Assembly (NCBI GenBank): GCA_964304625.1
Contig: OZ199840.1
Location: 8,197,587 to 8,261,586, forward strand
From: Kudoa neothunni
Taxonomy: Eukaryota > Animalia > Cnidaria
Length of the DNA stretch: 64,000 nt
Direction of reading: 5' to 3'
Positions 1 to 13,545 of this stretch are shown in pieces; the first letter of the stretch is position 1, and the number at the start of each line of letters is the position of its first letter. The position numbers were made by a program, and so were the translations under genes. The notes below the pieces were generated by a model. The model did not search any database. It was not told where the DNA came from and worked only from the letters and a program-made list of their open reading frames with translations.

Positions 1-3000
1 ACATATTCAGAAAAGTTGTTAATCTACAACTTTGATAGCCTTTCTCAAGTCAAATAATCGAATAAGAAAACAAGGGAGTGAGCGAAATAAAAAATGATGA
101 CGTACCTTGAACATCAGTATACTCTTCGATGGGTAAAGGACTGGACACTTTGACTACAAAACATTTTCTCACGGGCGAAAACAACATTCCTTCGCTACGG
201 CTTTTTTTACTCAGAATATTCTCTATATACCAATCGGAATAGATAGCGGTGAGAGTGATATTTTCATCGGAAATTTCAGTCATCAAACTTTCCGCCAAAA
301 GGATACCAGCAAAAATACGATTGAAATCACATTGAACTATTAATTTTACAATAAGAAGAGTGATAATTTTTGTTTCGGGCAGATAAAAATGACGACTTAC
401 GTAGATCACTCATCAGAGTTAAACCTTCATAGATAGATTTGAGCAACATAAGCACTGTACTGGGTTTTCGTATCTCATGCACACTTTCCAATCCATCCGG
501 TGCTGGAAGATGAATTTGTTTTACAGTCTTTATAAGACTTTCTTCAACATTAGGAGCCATCCACATAGCTACATTAAACACCAATCCACCCAAGGTAATC
601 TGAGGGAAACATCCAACCGAATTAGCCATATTCAAAAACATGTCCAATTCAAATAGATCCTCTTCACTAATGAGAAAAAGATTCATAGCTCGGTTTTTGT
701 GGCATTAACAACTGCACAATGACAAATTACCTTTGTGTTCCAAAATTGGTGATACGTTGAAGCAACTCATCCGAATAGCTGTGTGGCAATGGAAATACAA
801 ATCTCGCATTCTCCTGCACAGCAGGTGAATTGTTGATCCATATGAGTGACGTGGTGTAATCTCCCAAATTCATATATTGATACATCAGTGTTTGTAAAAG
901 TGTGGAGAATGTGACAAACAATTTTGTCGATATCGATTCCATATAGTTGGATACCATGGCAATGTGAAGTTCGTAAAACATTTGAATTTCTTGTGAGCCC
1001 ACATAAGTGGACATGGGATCAAAGTGTTGAAGAGAGGTGGGAATCGATAACAAATAATAAGACAACCCTGGTTCTACGTAAGCTTCACGAAAAACGGCTT
1101 CGATCAATTTATGGTGGAAACTACGAGTATCAAAAAATAAGATTATAATCTTGTATTTCACAGTTATATATTAATCAATAATTTGATTGTTTATTTAAAA
1201 ATATAATTAACTGGATAAATTGTAAATTAAGAGGGGATCATGTTTGATTACTCTTATTATTTTAAACAAAATTCAATAAGTTATGATATAAATTTGAAAA
1301 TTTACAACACAACAGAGTCATGTGAGTTAAATCTATTTAATATAGGAATGATATATTAATTTGGAAAAAACACCCGTCCAATAAATGATTGATTATTTAT
1401 TTAATTAATTAATTAATTAATTACACGATGGGGGTAATATCAAGATGACGTTGAAGAAAGCCGGTCACATCGTCAACAACAAGAGCGTGGAAAGCAAGGT
1501 TATTGAGAGTGGCAAGAGAATGGGTATATTTTGGAAGTGAGGAAACCGAGTTTTTGTCAATAACCTTTGCTTGAACACGAAGCCAGTCCACATACAATTT
1601 GAATACGCTCATGTCCTCTTTGATGCTTCCATACTCTAAAAATACAGTCAGCATCATCGATGTATAACGCCAATCAAGTAGACGCAACAATGCAAATATT
1701 AACATACCAACTGGTGGAAGATTTTCTAAAAATTTAATATTTTCTTCGAAGCACACTTTTTCATAAGTAGAAAATTTGCCATTCTAAATCAAGATTTATT
1801 GTTGATATTGACGATGGAAATGGAAACTACTTCTGCAATATATTTCAATGCGTCTTTATCGTGCCCGACCAAAAATTGATGGAAATAATTATGTACAATA
1901 AATTTATAGTTGGTAAACAGGTCTAAAGTTTAATAACAATTTTTTCAACAAATGTACGTATCATATATTTACTTTTCAGTATGATAAGATAATGCAGGAC
2001 TACACACAAATCTCTAAATAACAATAGTTCGAAATTAATAAAAGAATGAATGATGATACGGGTCGATAGGGACTTCCAGTTCCTTTTTTTTATTAACTCT
2101 GAAATTTTCCGGTAGCATCTGGACGGCGTAGAAGTTGAGTTCTGCCACTGCAGCCTTGTACAATGTCATCAGTTGGATAAACTAAAATCTCATTTCAAGA
2201 AGAGCAATCCAATTTTTGGAAATTGAAATTTTAAATAATTCGTCTACCCATTCTAAAATTTGAATTTCGTTCGAAATACTATTTTTTAAAATAATTTCTA
2301 AAAGTATGGCGAAATTTCGTCGGCGCAAGCGGGGATATGGAAACATTTGAAAAATGAGCAATAGCGGGAATAAAAACTTTGTTATATTGAAAACAAAAGG
2401 ATTATTCAACAAAAACATAATATTGGAAGTGGTAAAGTAGGAAGTGCTACGGAAGATTAAGAACCCATCCCTCTGAAATTCGTAATATTGATAAAATCGG
2501 TTTCCATAACCATATTATATCCTCTGATAAAAGTATTGAACTGAAATTAGAAAATTTATGTTTTTATTAAAATTTTTAAATGAGACAAATATTATTACTA
2601 CGCTAACTTATTTTGATTTATAATTTTTTTAATTAAATACGTTACGCAAAGTCAAAAATATGTTTAAAATATGCGGAGAAAAATTTATGTGAAATTCCAT
2701 GTTATGTTGTGTAAAATTATTCATTGACAACTTTTTTTAATTAAAAATAATGTATATTTTATTACTTTATTAGATTTTGATGTCAATAAAGTGTCTTTTT
2801 GATTAAATTTATATCTATATTAATTTTATTTTTGTTAAATAAACTATCTAACAAATTTATTTCGTCGATTATAAACAATATGACTGGTATATAGGGATAG
2901 TAAAAAAATATAGTTAGGATGTGCGAACTAGATTTAAATCGAAAATTGCATGCCCTATTTATATTTAAATGAAACTCCTAATATTGTTCGAAATCCCGTT

Positions 3001-5029
3001 ATTTAATAAAATTACTGAGACGTCGAAAGTTTACGACATACAAAAGTTTATCCCAATTAAAACGAATTTCAATCCAACATCCATATCGACTTCATTGATA
3101 TAAATATCAATTTTGTTTCGCAGGTGCGGATTTTGAGAAATAAATTTTACGATTTCACCCCTCTCAATACATACAAAGTTTATTAAATGACATTTAATCG
3201 CTAATCTCTAATATTTAAGGCAGAATATAACTGAATAGACGTGGGGAGACAATGTTACAAAACAATAATAAGGACTTAAAATTAAATACTTTAGGCCCAA
3301 GAAGACCAGGTTGATCTTGTATTAGAGGAACTGTTTCCATGAGGATATTTTTTATGTGTTGTCTTTTGTTACGATGGTTGATCATGCTAAATTATTGTTT
3401 TCATGCCCACTCTAGAACATAAAAAACTTACGTATTTCCAGGGCTGTTTTGATTATCATTCACAAATTTGATCAATTTAGATGTGCTAAATTGATAACAA
3501 ACAATTAGAAACAAATCAAATAAATTCAATGCAGAAATGGCGCAGTAATACGCATATTCAAATGGTCCAATTACCCTTTTACACTTTCCAACCAATTCAC
3601 AAGATCACGCTTAGCTTCAACAAATTCATCTTTGTGCACTTGAACCACCTCGAAGCTGGTAAGAATAAGTGATAGAATTCGTTCTAACGAGCTTCCAATT
3701 GTCACAGCGCTCGGGCAAATAACGATACAAACTAACCACCAATTACCACAAACCAATCAATAAAACCTCGTACAATAAAACCATCTCAACAGTTCAAACC
3801 CAGAAACTAATTGAAGCATCGGCTACAATTAGCACATCAAATATCAAATAATCGATAACAATTTTAACAATAGTTAAATAGTTACATAGTTGCATAATGG
3901 AGGAATGGCCAATTCATGTGAATTGGAAAGGATACTATAAGTGAACCCAGCTTTCATCTAAATATCATTTGTCACAATGTTATGAGTGTGTGTATTCGCG
4001 TTATGTAGAATTACCTGTTCAGCATCAATACATTTGAGTTGTAATTCGGATAGTATTGATTCACCAATGGCTTGTAGTTTCTACAAAAATGGATATATAC
4101 ATTCGAGTTGATTTTAAAACACGCAATCGAATAAACAAAATTCAAATACAGGAACAAAATTTTCAAAATCCTCAACCAATCTTCGGAATGGCTTATTGGA
4201 GTAATCAGTAATAAATTGAGCAACTCCAAGGAAACTTGGTTCACTAAACACAATAAAAAAATACTACCGAATCAATTCGATAATTACGGTCTCTTATTGA
4301 CCTCTTCGAAAGCAGCAGCATACAAACCAACAACTGATTTCACATCTTCAATTTTCGTGAAGAAAAAAAACGAACACACATAATTGGACACAAGTTCCAA
4401 TATCATAAGCAAAATATCATTGGATAATTTCTATTTGATAAGAATAAAAATAAGCATATGCAAAATATGTATTTAGAGATAAATATCTAAAAAAGCTACC
4501 AGCGTTATTGTATTTATTATTTGTCCAAGAGCTAACATAAGTGTGTTGATTAGCAACTAAAATTTAAATATAATCAAGAATTCGAATTCATCAACAACAA
4601 CAACAACAACAATATCTACCCTAAATTTACCCAAATACACAAAACCATTGTAATAGATATCCAATGATTGTAGTATTTCGGTAGGTTTTGGATCTACATC
4701 TTTATTTTTCATCTACAAAAATTTTCGATGAACGTGGTTATTTTTCTGTTATAAATGTGGTATCAATCAAATACAGCAGAGTTTTGCAAAACCGGAAATT
4801 TTCTGCACACACTTTTGCATAATGCGTCCACTCCTTTATGCTTCATTATAGCTGGCCGGATCTATAAATGTACACATGTGTGTGTGAGAATGTTGACAAA
4901 TTATCTGCCATAACGATTGATTACTTTCTTGCACAGGTACATATCGTTTATGAGGGTTCTAGATGCCTGCACCATAACATACAATGTCTCACCAAATCTA
5001 GGTGATACATATTCCAGATTTAGAGACAT
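1..5029 (-). CDS. NCKAP1: Nck-associated protein 1 (Nap1/Hem, WAVE regulatory complex), multi-exon, 3' end beyond window start
   Basis: Spliced exons follow NCKAP1 in order. ATG at 5029 (MSLNLEYVSPRFGETL...YLCKK), then VCRKFPV, KIEDVKSVVGLY (cf. RIEERKAIIGLY), HRNKRQHIKNILMETVPLIQDQPGLLGPK (cf. DQPGLLGPK), LYVDWLRVQA (cf. LDWFRLQA), EIRKPS (cf. EIAKPS), TLTAIYSDWYIENIL (cf. TITSLYTNWYLETLL) and IEEYTDV. Most introns are short GT-AG; one is about 1.1 kb (~2182-3290). Confidence 0.9.
4592..4612. repeat. (CAA)n microsatellite in an NCKAP1 intron
   Basis: caacaacaacaacaacaacaa read directly. Confidence 0.8.
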
Positions 5030-8000
5030 GTTTATTGTGCGAGAGAATAGATTTTTTCACTAGCGATTGACTTAGTTGAAAATTAGTATTAGAATCTAAT
5101 ACGACCAACCTGATAATTCTTTAAGTGCTTGCGCATATGCTACTTAAAGATTAACGTTGTTTGGTTGATGAGATGGGTTTGTGTGTGAGTACCCTCATCC
5201 CTTAGCGAGTCACCTGCCCTACTGTATACACCGCTTTTCCATATATCAGCCTCTGTGATGGTTGGGAACTGTTGTAAAATGTTTTACACGCGGTTATCAA
5301 TCAATTTATTGCATTCAATCAATTATTATATTATGTACTGGTAATAACCATAATCACCACTATCAATAGCTGTCGTTGGTCAACTGAAATAATTTTAATC
5401 CATATTATCACGTCAATAATAATCCATTATATTTTAAATTGATATTTTGTACTAAAAAAATGTGTTACCATGCTATAGACAAGCATGAGAAATGAAAAGA
5501 CGATCGTAAGTTTAACCTCATAATTAACACAATTGGATTCTACAAGTTCAATAATGTAATCGAAATCTGATTAGTCCACTATGTAAATAACAAACGGGGC
5601 CCTATTCTTAGTAACCAATAGGATTAATCCTTCGAGTGGATAGATCCAAGAGGATTATCAATATCGGATTAATGTTTACGTTGATTTCTATCAAATTGTA
5701 AATAATTGTTTTCAACTATCTTAGGGTTTTTTGCGATAATTTTTTTGCGTTTTAAAATTTGAATCCCCGAATTGTAATCAATTCAAACAAACATTGCACT
5801 TTCGTGTATTCGCTCGGGTTCGTGTTTTCACGAATTAAATACCATGCCCAAGTTTTGGCACAAAACACAACGAAATTTATTTTAAATACAAATTTCAGGC
5901 ACGAATCGCTAATGAAATCATATCCATGGGTTTCGTAGGGGAGGTTTAATTTTTGAGATATATCGAAATTGTGTCTCCGTAAATTTTATTTTTATATTAG
6001 TAATAAACTGATCCTTAAGAAAACAATAACATAGATTTTACGCTATTTACACTACGAAATTGTATTTTTAATAATTTTTCTCAATCAGAATTATATATTA
6101 TGCTCAAATCGATCCAGTTGATTCTAGAACGTATAAATTTATTATCACCATTTCTAAAAATCGTGAACGTGATGAAAAATGTAATGCGTGATGTCGACAG
6201 ATTTAAACCTCAAAATAATGGGATTTCCTATGAATAGAAACTTCTAATGCTGGTTACTACATAATTAATTTTATAATTTGATGGGAGCATGATTATTATG
6301 AGTTCGTCTTTCAAAAAATGTTTTTAATATGTGTTTATTTTATTTAAAACCACAAAAATATAGCTTAACGATCTATTGCATTTCATACAAATAATAAAGT
6401 TGAATTGGGAGAGTTTTCCTCCATCTTTGGTAAATATGGATTGAAAATTCTCTCATAATTTGATCTTACTGCTAGACATCTTCCACAAGTAGAGAGCACC
6501 ATTATCTAAACTTTTTTCACATCGTTAATATTCGAGGAATTCATCTCGAATATAGGTTTAAAAATAGGAGTGTCGAGACTATTGAATATTCGAAATCGAA
6601 AATACTTACATTGAGAAATCTCTTAAAACAACTCCAAAAATACGCTAATCCATTAAATTAACCTATTTAAGTTTATATACGTATTTTTTACTTACGCAAT
6701 AAAATAGTTTTTTGTAAAAATATTAAATCAGATCAAATATAAATTTCTACAATCCATAAGTATCCCAAAAAATTAGGACAACTATATGAAGTTTACCATG
6801 CAACATTGTAGTTTAATGCCAGTTTTATTCCACTTTTTTTTTCTTTAATTCAGCTTTTTATAAAAGAAGAATTGAAAAATTAATTGATAATAAATTTTTT
6901 TACATATTTGCATTGAAGCGAGATTAAAAAGCTGATCATTTGGTTACTATAAAAATTTGATGATAAAAGGATTTTAATTCCTTTTAATGCAAATAAATTG
7001 TCACCTAAAAAATATATAAACTAAAAAATGAATGGATTGATTAATTAATTAATTAATTGGAATTGTTTTGTAAAGAGTTGATAGTAGATATATAAGTAAT
7101 GACATAGAAGATAATTTTTTATTATTAAATGTGTGAAAAGCTTACTTAAATGGCCGAATCATATAATTTTGAAAACTAAACATTATTAAAAAATTTATTA
7201 AGACATATAATTAATTTAGAAGTTAATGGAGGAATAATAGAGTGAGTTTTCATTGGTTTTCCGAAACTTAACGAAGATTTTACTAGTGCCGATGATGTAT
7301 TCGGGATTTGGCGGCAAAATTCTAAGTTATAACAATTAGTCGAATCCTTGCTTTAGTTATTCATCTATTTAATTATGAGCAATCGCTTATGACTAGGTAA
7401 AAATAACGTTCAAAAGGCCGTTTTTATATTCTCAATCCAACTTTATTACTTGATCAAGAACGCAATTACTTCAATTTTAACAAACACCTACTAACTAAAT
7501 TAACTAACTTAAATGGTTATCATATATTTTTAAGAAATCTAATTAAAATATTTACTATAAACAAAGTACAGTTATAGCAAATGAAATTCCAAGCGTTAGT
7601 TCAACTCTGTAAATTCATACATATACCCTCAATAGAGCAACCAAAAAGTCCCATTTTAAGGAAAAAGTATCTCGATACCCCATTTTTTAAAGGATTAATT
7701 TCAAACTGTCATGGTGGCACAAACACGAACGAAAGTACATTGTCTGAATTCAAGTAGTCTAATTCTTAATTAATTCCGAAGATGTGCGAAATCTTGTAAT
7801 TTCCAATTTAATGTAATATATTACAACTGACATTTTTTTAATCTATAAAAAACATGTAAATAATTTATGGCTTGTTAAGCTTGCTGTAGCAGACTTAAAT
7901 GAGGATAACTTCCAATATTTATGTCCGCGCTCGGGGCGAAAGAACACAATCAATGAAAGTCGATGATAAATTTAAAAACAGTTGTAACCTCGTTATTAAT

Positions 8001-8039
8001 TTAAATAATCTGATTAATTCAATTTCAAAATATTTTTCT

Positions 8040-8745
8040 GAAAATGATATTAGAAACGTACTCTGATGTTTCATTTGTGACATTTCTGTATTGTCCTTTG
8101 AAAGCCCCATGCATTGCCTCAATTTGGTTAAGGTGGATACTTTCGCTTAAGACAATTTTGTGGTTGAAAGTCAGATTTTAATGGATTAACCCCAAATCCT
8201 TCAGACAGCTATATCTAAGCAAAAAAATCATCCCAGATTATCTTCATCTCCCCAACATGCTCTAGTATAATTTTCTTGAGAACATCCCTGTTGCTGTATT
8301 AGAATATTTTAACGAGGAAATCCTCATCTATGTCAATCCAATAAATGATCTAATATTGTTGATTTTTAATATATGCCCAACTTTGTATTTTCTATTGTTG
8401 ATCGCGATCTCATCAATTTAGGTTATTTTTCGGGGTTCTCCAATTTTTTTGAAACCCTCGTCCAATTTCAAGACCATCAAATCATACAAGATTTTGTTCC
8501 ACCCATCAATAATAGATGGGGACGAAAATGAAATTTTTCTTTTGATAGAGTCGAGTTGATATTTATTATTTTACGTTGAAAATCATAAATAGAAATAATT
8601 TCCATATGGGAAATTTTGACAATTCGAAAACGATTCTAATTATAATTGAAATGTGTTTTTTATACACTATACACTTATTTCGGTATCCATCATTGATGCC
8701 ACCTTTTAATAATAGTGCGGAATTTCCCCACAAGGACATAAGGGC
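8040..8745 (-). mobile_element. Degenerate Merlin (IS1595/ISXO2-like) transposase
   Basis: Broken reading frames give a Zn-ribbon-like CPCG...DGYRNKC...FELSKFP, then KKIGEPRKIT*IDEIAINNRKYKVGH (Merlin IGGPG..VEIDE...KRKY.RG motif) and YSCLKDLGLIH...NH...IHLNQIEAMHGAFK (HTN.IEG.W motif). Stops and frameshifts present; element ends not found. Confidence 0.7.
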
Positions 8746-9299
8746 TTTTGGAAAACTTATTTAATCCTCATACGAACTTGGGTTTTTTGGATCCCAAGTT
8801 TTCATGTTACGTGAGTTGAAAAATAAATCTTACAAAATGTCATAGAAATTGTAAGAAACTTCTACCCACAGAATTTCGAGGAAAAGGTGATTCAATGGGC
8901 AACTTAATCTTCCGAAAGTCAATTCGGCGGGCTAATATAACACGTCGTACAAGTTCGTTGGATGTTAACGTCAATCGTGATGGTTGTTGTATGTTTATTA
9001 TGCAAATTATCAGGTCTTTAATCGACTTTAAGCGTTAAAAATCAAATAACGCAATATTCATTTTGTTTCTATCGAACCATTATTAGTTGACGTTCAAAGG
9101 AAAAGAGAGTAATAAGACACCTGATTCATATTGTTCCTAAGAAACCGAAATAATTGAATCAAACTTGAAGAAAATATTCTGTAAATTTTTCCCCCATGCC
9201 AAAACGACAAAAATCGAACACTCGATGACTCGAAGCATAAGTTGTGAAAGCTATCCTGGTCGATTTCATTCTACGAATAAGTATAACCCTCCCGAGACT

Positions 9300-10006
9300 C
9301 CATTTTTTCGTAAATCTGTGCTTCTTCCTATCAGAACTCTAAATTCTGATTTACAAGTTAGTGTAATCTCCTATAATTGTGCGAATTTTGTTTATGTGAA
9401 TTTTTGTAAAAACGAAACGGTATATATTCTGGTAAAAAATGTGTTCAATGGGTCGTCGCTTTATTAACTCGCCAAAAAAGTCATTTTTAAGCGTAATGTC
9501 AAATATTATCTTATTATACAGCAATAAAGTAATTATAATGGTACGAATAAATAAAAAATATAAGGATAACGTTGCTTTTATTTTCCTCATGTTGTGTAAA
9601 AGGATTCCGATGGTGTCAAAGGATAGTTTCGGGGATTCACATTAATACTTACCAAAACGTTCTAATTTTTAATAATAAATGACGATATCATATTATTGAT
9701 ATATTTTATAATATTCGTTTATTAAAATATGTCGCTTCAATGTGTCCTAGAACGCCTATACATATTTTCTTTCTACATGCAGTATAATCGTAATGGATTA
9801 AAAGATGCAATTTCAATTAGGATTTTGAAGTATTAATTCATCCAATGAATCATTTTTTTCTGGAAATTCTGTCGATAAAAGCTTCTTCAAATTTTTATGA
9901 CATTTTAAATATTTTTTTATTAACCATTGAAAAATAAAAGTTTGAGGCCAAAAAAAGCGCCTGGTTCGTTAAAGTGTAATCGTTCTTTTGTACCTTAGAG
10001 GGTTAA
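9300..10006 (-). mobile_element. Possible piggyBac remnant (one end)
   Basis: Terminus ...ttagagggTTAA at about 9995-10006 resembles the other piggyBac ends in the window. Weak translation FVFTKIHINKIRTIIGDYTNL. Confidence 0.3.
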
Positions 10007-10881
10007 ATAAAAAAGTATTAACAAGTAAATTATATTTCTCCTGTGAGTGGGCTTATTTATCACCGAAAAATCTCTCAAAACCTTAAAAATATACTAATAC
10101 CCCATTTAAGCATGATTTGGAAGGTTTAGCTAGTAAATATTATTTATTAAATTCATTTTATTTACATATTAATATAATATTAACAAGATGTGTCTTTTTG
10201 AATCATACAAATTTAATCTACCGCCTGTAGTTTTTAAAATCGTTGATTACATCTGTCCCCTATGAAAAGAGAACTCCTACAACAATTAAATATAGCATAT
10301 CTAGAAAGATTATTTTAATTTATACTCCATAAATGGTGTTTTTTTTTAATTAAAGTGTTCATGGCGCAGGCGTATATAATATTTAAGTTTACATCAGTAA
10401 GAACAAAAAACAACAGCTTTCCGTAAATCACAACTACTACAACCTAATGATATATGAAAGAGGAATGAAATTATGCATTCTATATCTCAAGAGTTTACCA
10501 TGGTAGCTCCATATTTGTTGAAGTTTCCTAGGATTCCCTTTGGTTAGGTTGAAACGCCACGAGTCACAAGCCTACGATAAGATCAGCGTAATTTATGAGT
10601 AGATTTTGTGTAATTTGGATTTACTCTGGCAGTTTATTAATAATAAAATTTTAAATGTCATGTTTAAATTTTAATAATCGTGATTTTTATTTAATGGATA
10701 AATATAATTTCAATCCGCATCCACTCTCATTTAGTTAAGGTATTATTATTTAAAAAAGTAAAATTAATTTGCTCGAAATATAAAATAATATTTAGTTTAA
10801 AATTAAAAATCATATATTATTGCCTTTTGCGATATAAAATCATCATTCAAAAGTTTCTAACGCCTCTTAGACATAAAAAAA

Positions 10882-11719
10882 CTATTTAAGCTCTTCGATA
10901 AGTTTTTCCCCTTGTATAACTTTATCGTCGAAAACAATTTTGAAAGTAGTTCCTTCATGGTGATGAGCTGTCACGTGGCACGCCTAATATGGTAAAATTC
11001 AAAATTAGCCATCACACATGTCAGTTGAATAAGAATTACAAAGCCAGACAACGAGATAAAGGATTCCAAAAATCCAGCCATAAAATACGCATTGTTAAAC
11101 CCTATAGATAAGAAGCTAATCGAAAATTTTTGAAACAGGGAGGTGAAAATTCAGGATGACAAACCTTCGCTCTCCGAAATATAGCTATTGTAGAAATTGT
11201 TGTCGTCTCTAATGTAGTCTAAATTTAATTTAAAATTTTCTCGTTGTATTTTACAAACTGCATACATGTAACTTCATCATCCTCTGCTCGTTCTAGTCTG
11301 TCAACTTCAGCACCAAACAAAAACTATTCTCAATCTAGTTATTTTGAAAACTCCACCAAAATCACTTTCCACAGAGTCTGTTTTACGTAGATTAACATAT
11401 TAAGAAATTTAGTTTCCCGTTTATTGGCCCTGGTTTGAGTTTGTATATGATCACATAAATGTCCCCCAGTAGTTTTACCAAGATCGTGCAAGCTATACAA
11501 ATAATCAATCAAATATGAGTTTCTATCGTGTGGAACTACGTCCAATGTAGCTCATCCAAATTGTTCACTTTAGTATGTAAACATCGAACTATCTCACCAA
11601 GTGTCAACAAATACAAATCACCGTCGATCTATATTAATTATTCAAAAATAAAATAACTATTAGATTACACTGTATTTGTTTTTTTTGGAAGATTTGTCAA
11701 AAAGTTTCGATCGCTGCAT
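10882..11719 (-). CDS. TRAPPC5: Trafficking protein particle complex subunit 5 (Trs31), 7 short exons
   Basis: Spliced product MQRSKLFDKSSKKNKYS-IDGDLYLLTLGEIVRCLH...KRETKFLNMLIYVKQTLWK-FLFGAEVDRLERAEDDE...FMAGFLESFISLSGF-ACHVTAHHHEGTTFKIVFDDKVIQGEKLIEELK*. Matches TRAPPC5 RRETKVLGALLFVKGAVWKALFGKEADKLEQANDD and KVTAHWHKGTTLMIKF. Confidence 0.9.
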
Positions 11720-11776
11720 GAATTATCTGCCGACTTGTTACGACTGTCCAAGGTTAGTTGTTCAACGGTGGTCATA

Positions 11777-12574
11777 ATGAGGTGGCTTTTTATTGTGTCA
11801 TTGTTGGGTTGGTCTTGTGTGAACTGTTTGGATTTCATATTGGAACGGTTCATGACTGAAGAGTGTTTCTTCGAAGATATCACTGAAGAAACCGAATTCA
11901 ATATCCAATATTATGTGCTTGAAGGAGGATTCAATGATGTGGACTTCAAGGTGGGCTTCTTTTGAATTATTCTCTAGGTGAGGTGTGTTCATAATATAGA
12001 TTTTAAACACCAACAATGAAGCTATTGTCGTTCACAACAGCAAAAATAGTGACGAATTCAAAATCACCCAAACTGTCCCTGGCCGATATTTATTCTGTTT
12101 TTCCAATGAGAATTCGTCAAAATCCTCAAAGCGTATCATTTTTTCTATTTCCCCTTTTCGAAAGTATCAGCAAAGAACCAAACCAAACACCAACCCAAAG
12201 AACTATACAGCCCATGATCATCAAGTCGAAGGTTTGCTAATTAAGTTAATTATTTGCAACAAATTATATCCATTTAGCTGGTGTTACTTTCGATCGAATT
12301 ATGAAAGGCATTATCGAGCTTAGTATGGATCTCTCAAAGGTGAAACGCGAACAACAAATAATTGAATTCCAGGATATGGTTGTTATTAGTGGTATTGATT
12401 TAAATAATTTGCTCGATTTTACACATCTTTTGAACTCTCCATTGTGTAGATTACAACAAAGTCGGAAGTTATTTCCTGTATTGGACCATATTTGAAGTGG
12501 TTGTGGTAATTATAGTTGCTCTATATCAGATTTTCTATTTTACCCGAATTTTCGAAGTTCGACGAATGATATGA
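11777..12574 (+). CDS. TMED2: p24/emp24 GOLD-domain cargo receptor, p24-beta type, 4 exons
   Basis: Signal peptide MRWLFIVSLLGWSCVNC; GOLD motifs EECFFED, VLEGGFNDVDFK and GRYLFCFSNE; coiled coil ELSMDLSKVKREQ; TM segment YWTIFEVVVVIIVALYQIFYF; tail RIFEVRRMI* (cf. TMED2 RFFEVRRVV). Confidence 0.88.
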
Positions 12575-13479
12575 ACTATTTTTTTCTCTCATATGTTGTT
12601 TATACTGCTTAATTTGTCCTTTTTCTGAAAAAAGTCAATCATGTGTTAGATAGAAAATTTTATAATTGAAATGACAGATTTTTTTAATGTAAGCTCGTGG
12701 CTAATGTTAAAATAAAAATTTTGGAGCTTGGGAGTTTATTATGACTAATTTTTCTTCGATTTGTTAACGTTGACAATTAAATGAGATATCGGACTAAGCG
12801 GAAGAAATGCTTCCTATGGCATATCATTTCGCTATACGATGATCTGATTAATGAATTCAAATTTTTCATTTTACCTCTATATCCAGAGAATCTTTTCTTC
12901 TTTTCAATGGATTATATCCCTTGTAATCTCATAGGTTGACTGTGGGGTTCTGATTGGTTTAATCTCTCAAACTAACATATTGTAATACGTGGCCGTTAGT
13001 ATTACCTTCCTGTGAAAAATTTAACCCAATAAACATGCTTGTTTTAGGTCAGTCATCACACTTACAAACTTCAAAGGTTAATTCTGTCGACTCAGGTAAA
13101 ACTCCTGATGCAACTAGTTAAGTTATCAGTTAGTTATCAGTTATAGCTGGTTAGACCATCCTTGTTAACGCTGTAGGCATCGTAAGACGAGTAGCATCTA
13201 CCCTCTCGCCCTTATCTTTCTGCAGTAATGCGGGAGTGAACCTACTAAACATCCTCGTTTGTGGGACAACCACCACCCCAAACCCTATCCATCAATAGGG
13301 ATTTTGGCTCTACAAAGATTTAAAGCCTATTAGTTCATCCCTACGACTCGAACGTCTAATTCAGACCCATCTATTAGACGGAATTATAACTGAAGGTGAA
13401 ATTACACTTTCAATATAATCTCACTCTAACAATAGCTCCCATTACGAGATAAAGACACTCGTACGGAAACAATAGATTG

Positions 13480-13545
13480 ATCAGTAGCGAGAATCGAATT
13501 TAGTATCTCCGGTTATTGAGTCCAGCCACCACACCACTGGACAAT
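13480..13545 (-). mobile_element. tRNA-derived SINE-like head (degenerate)
   Basis: Minus strand gtccagtggtgtggtggc...ttcgattctc resembles Pol III A and B boxes. A similar agtggtgtgatag head lies at about 34960-35010. Confidence 0.3.

Noticed and set aside
667-730. Apparent 19-nt intron (730-712) followed by an in-frame TAA, hinting at ultra-short introns or stop-codon reassignment
   Set aside because: A 64-nt intron (730-667) with a good pyrimidine tract restores the frame. Complete genes here end at ordinary TAG or TGA, and no conserved exon needs a reassigned stop.
2182-2418. 78-aa minus-strand ORF
   Set aside because: It lies inside the long NCKAP1 intron; homology jumps from GLLGPK (~3290) to FIQLMTL (2181).
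5160-5545. Exon-like segments with GT/AG boundaries upstream of NCKAP1
   Set aside because: The spliced frames tried all hit stops. At most these are 5' UTR exons.
5780-7750. Weak inverted similarity between ~5781-5855 and ~7700-7750
   Set aside because: Too gapped to define TIRs or a TSD by eye.
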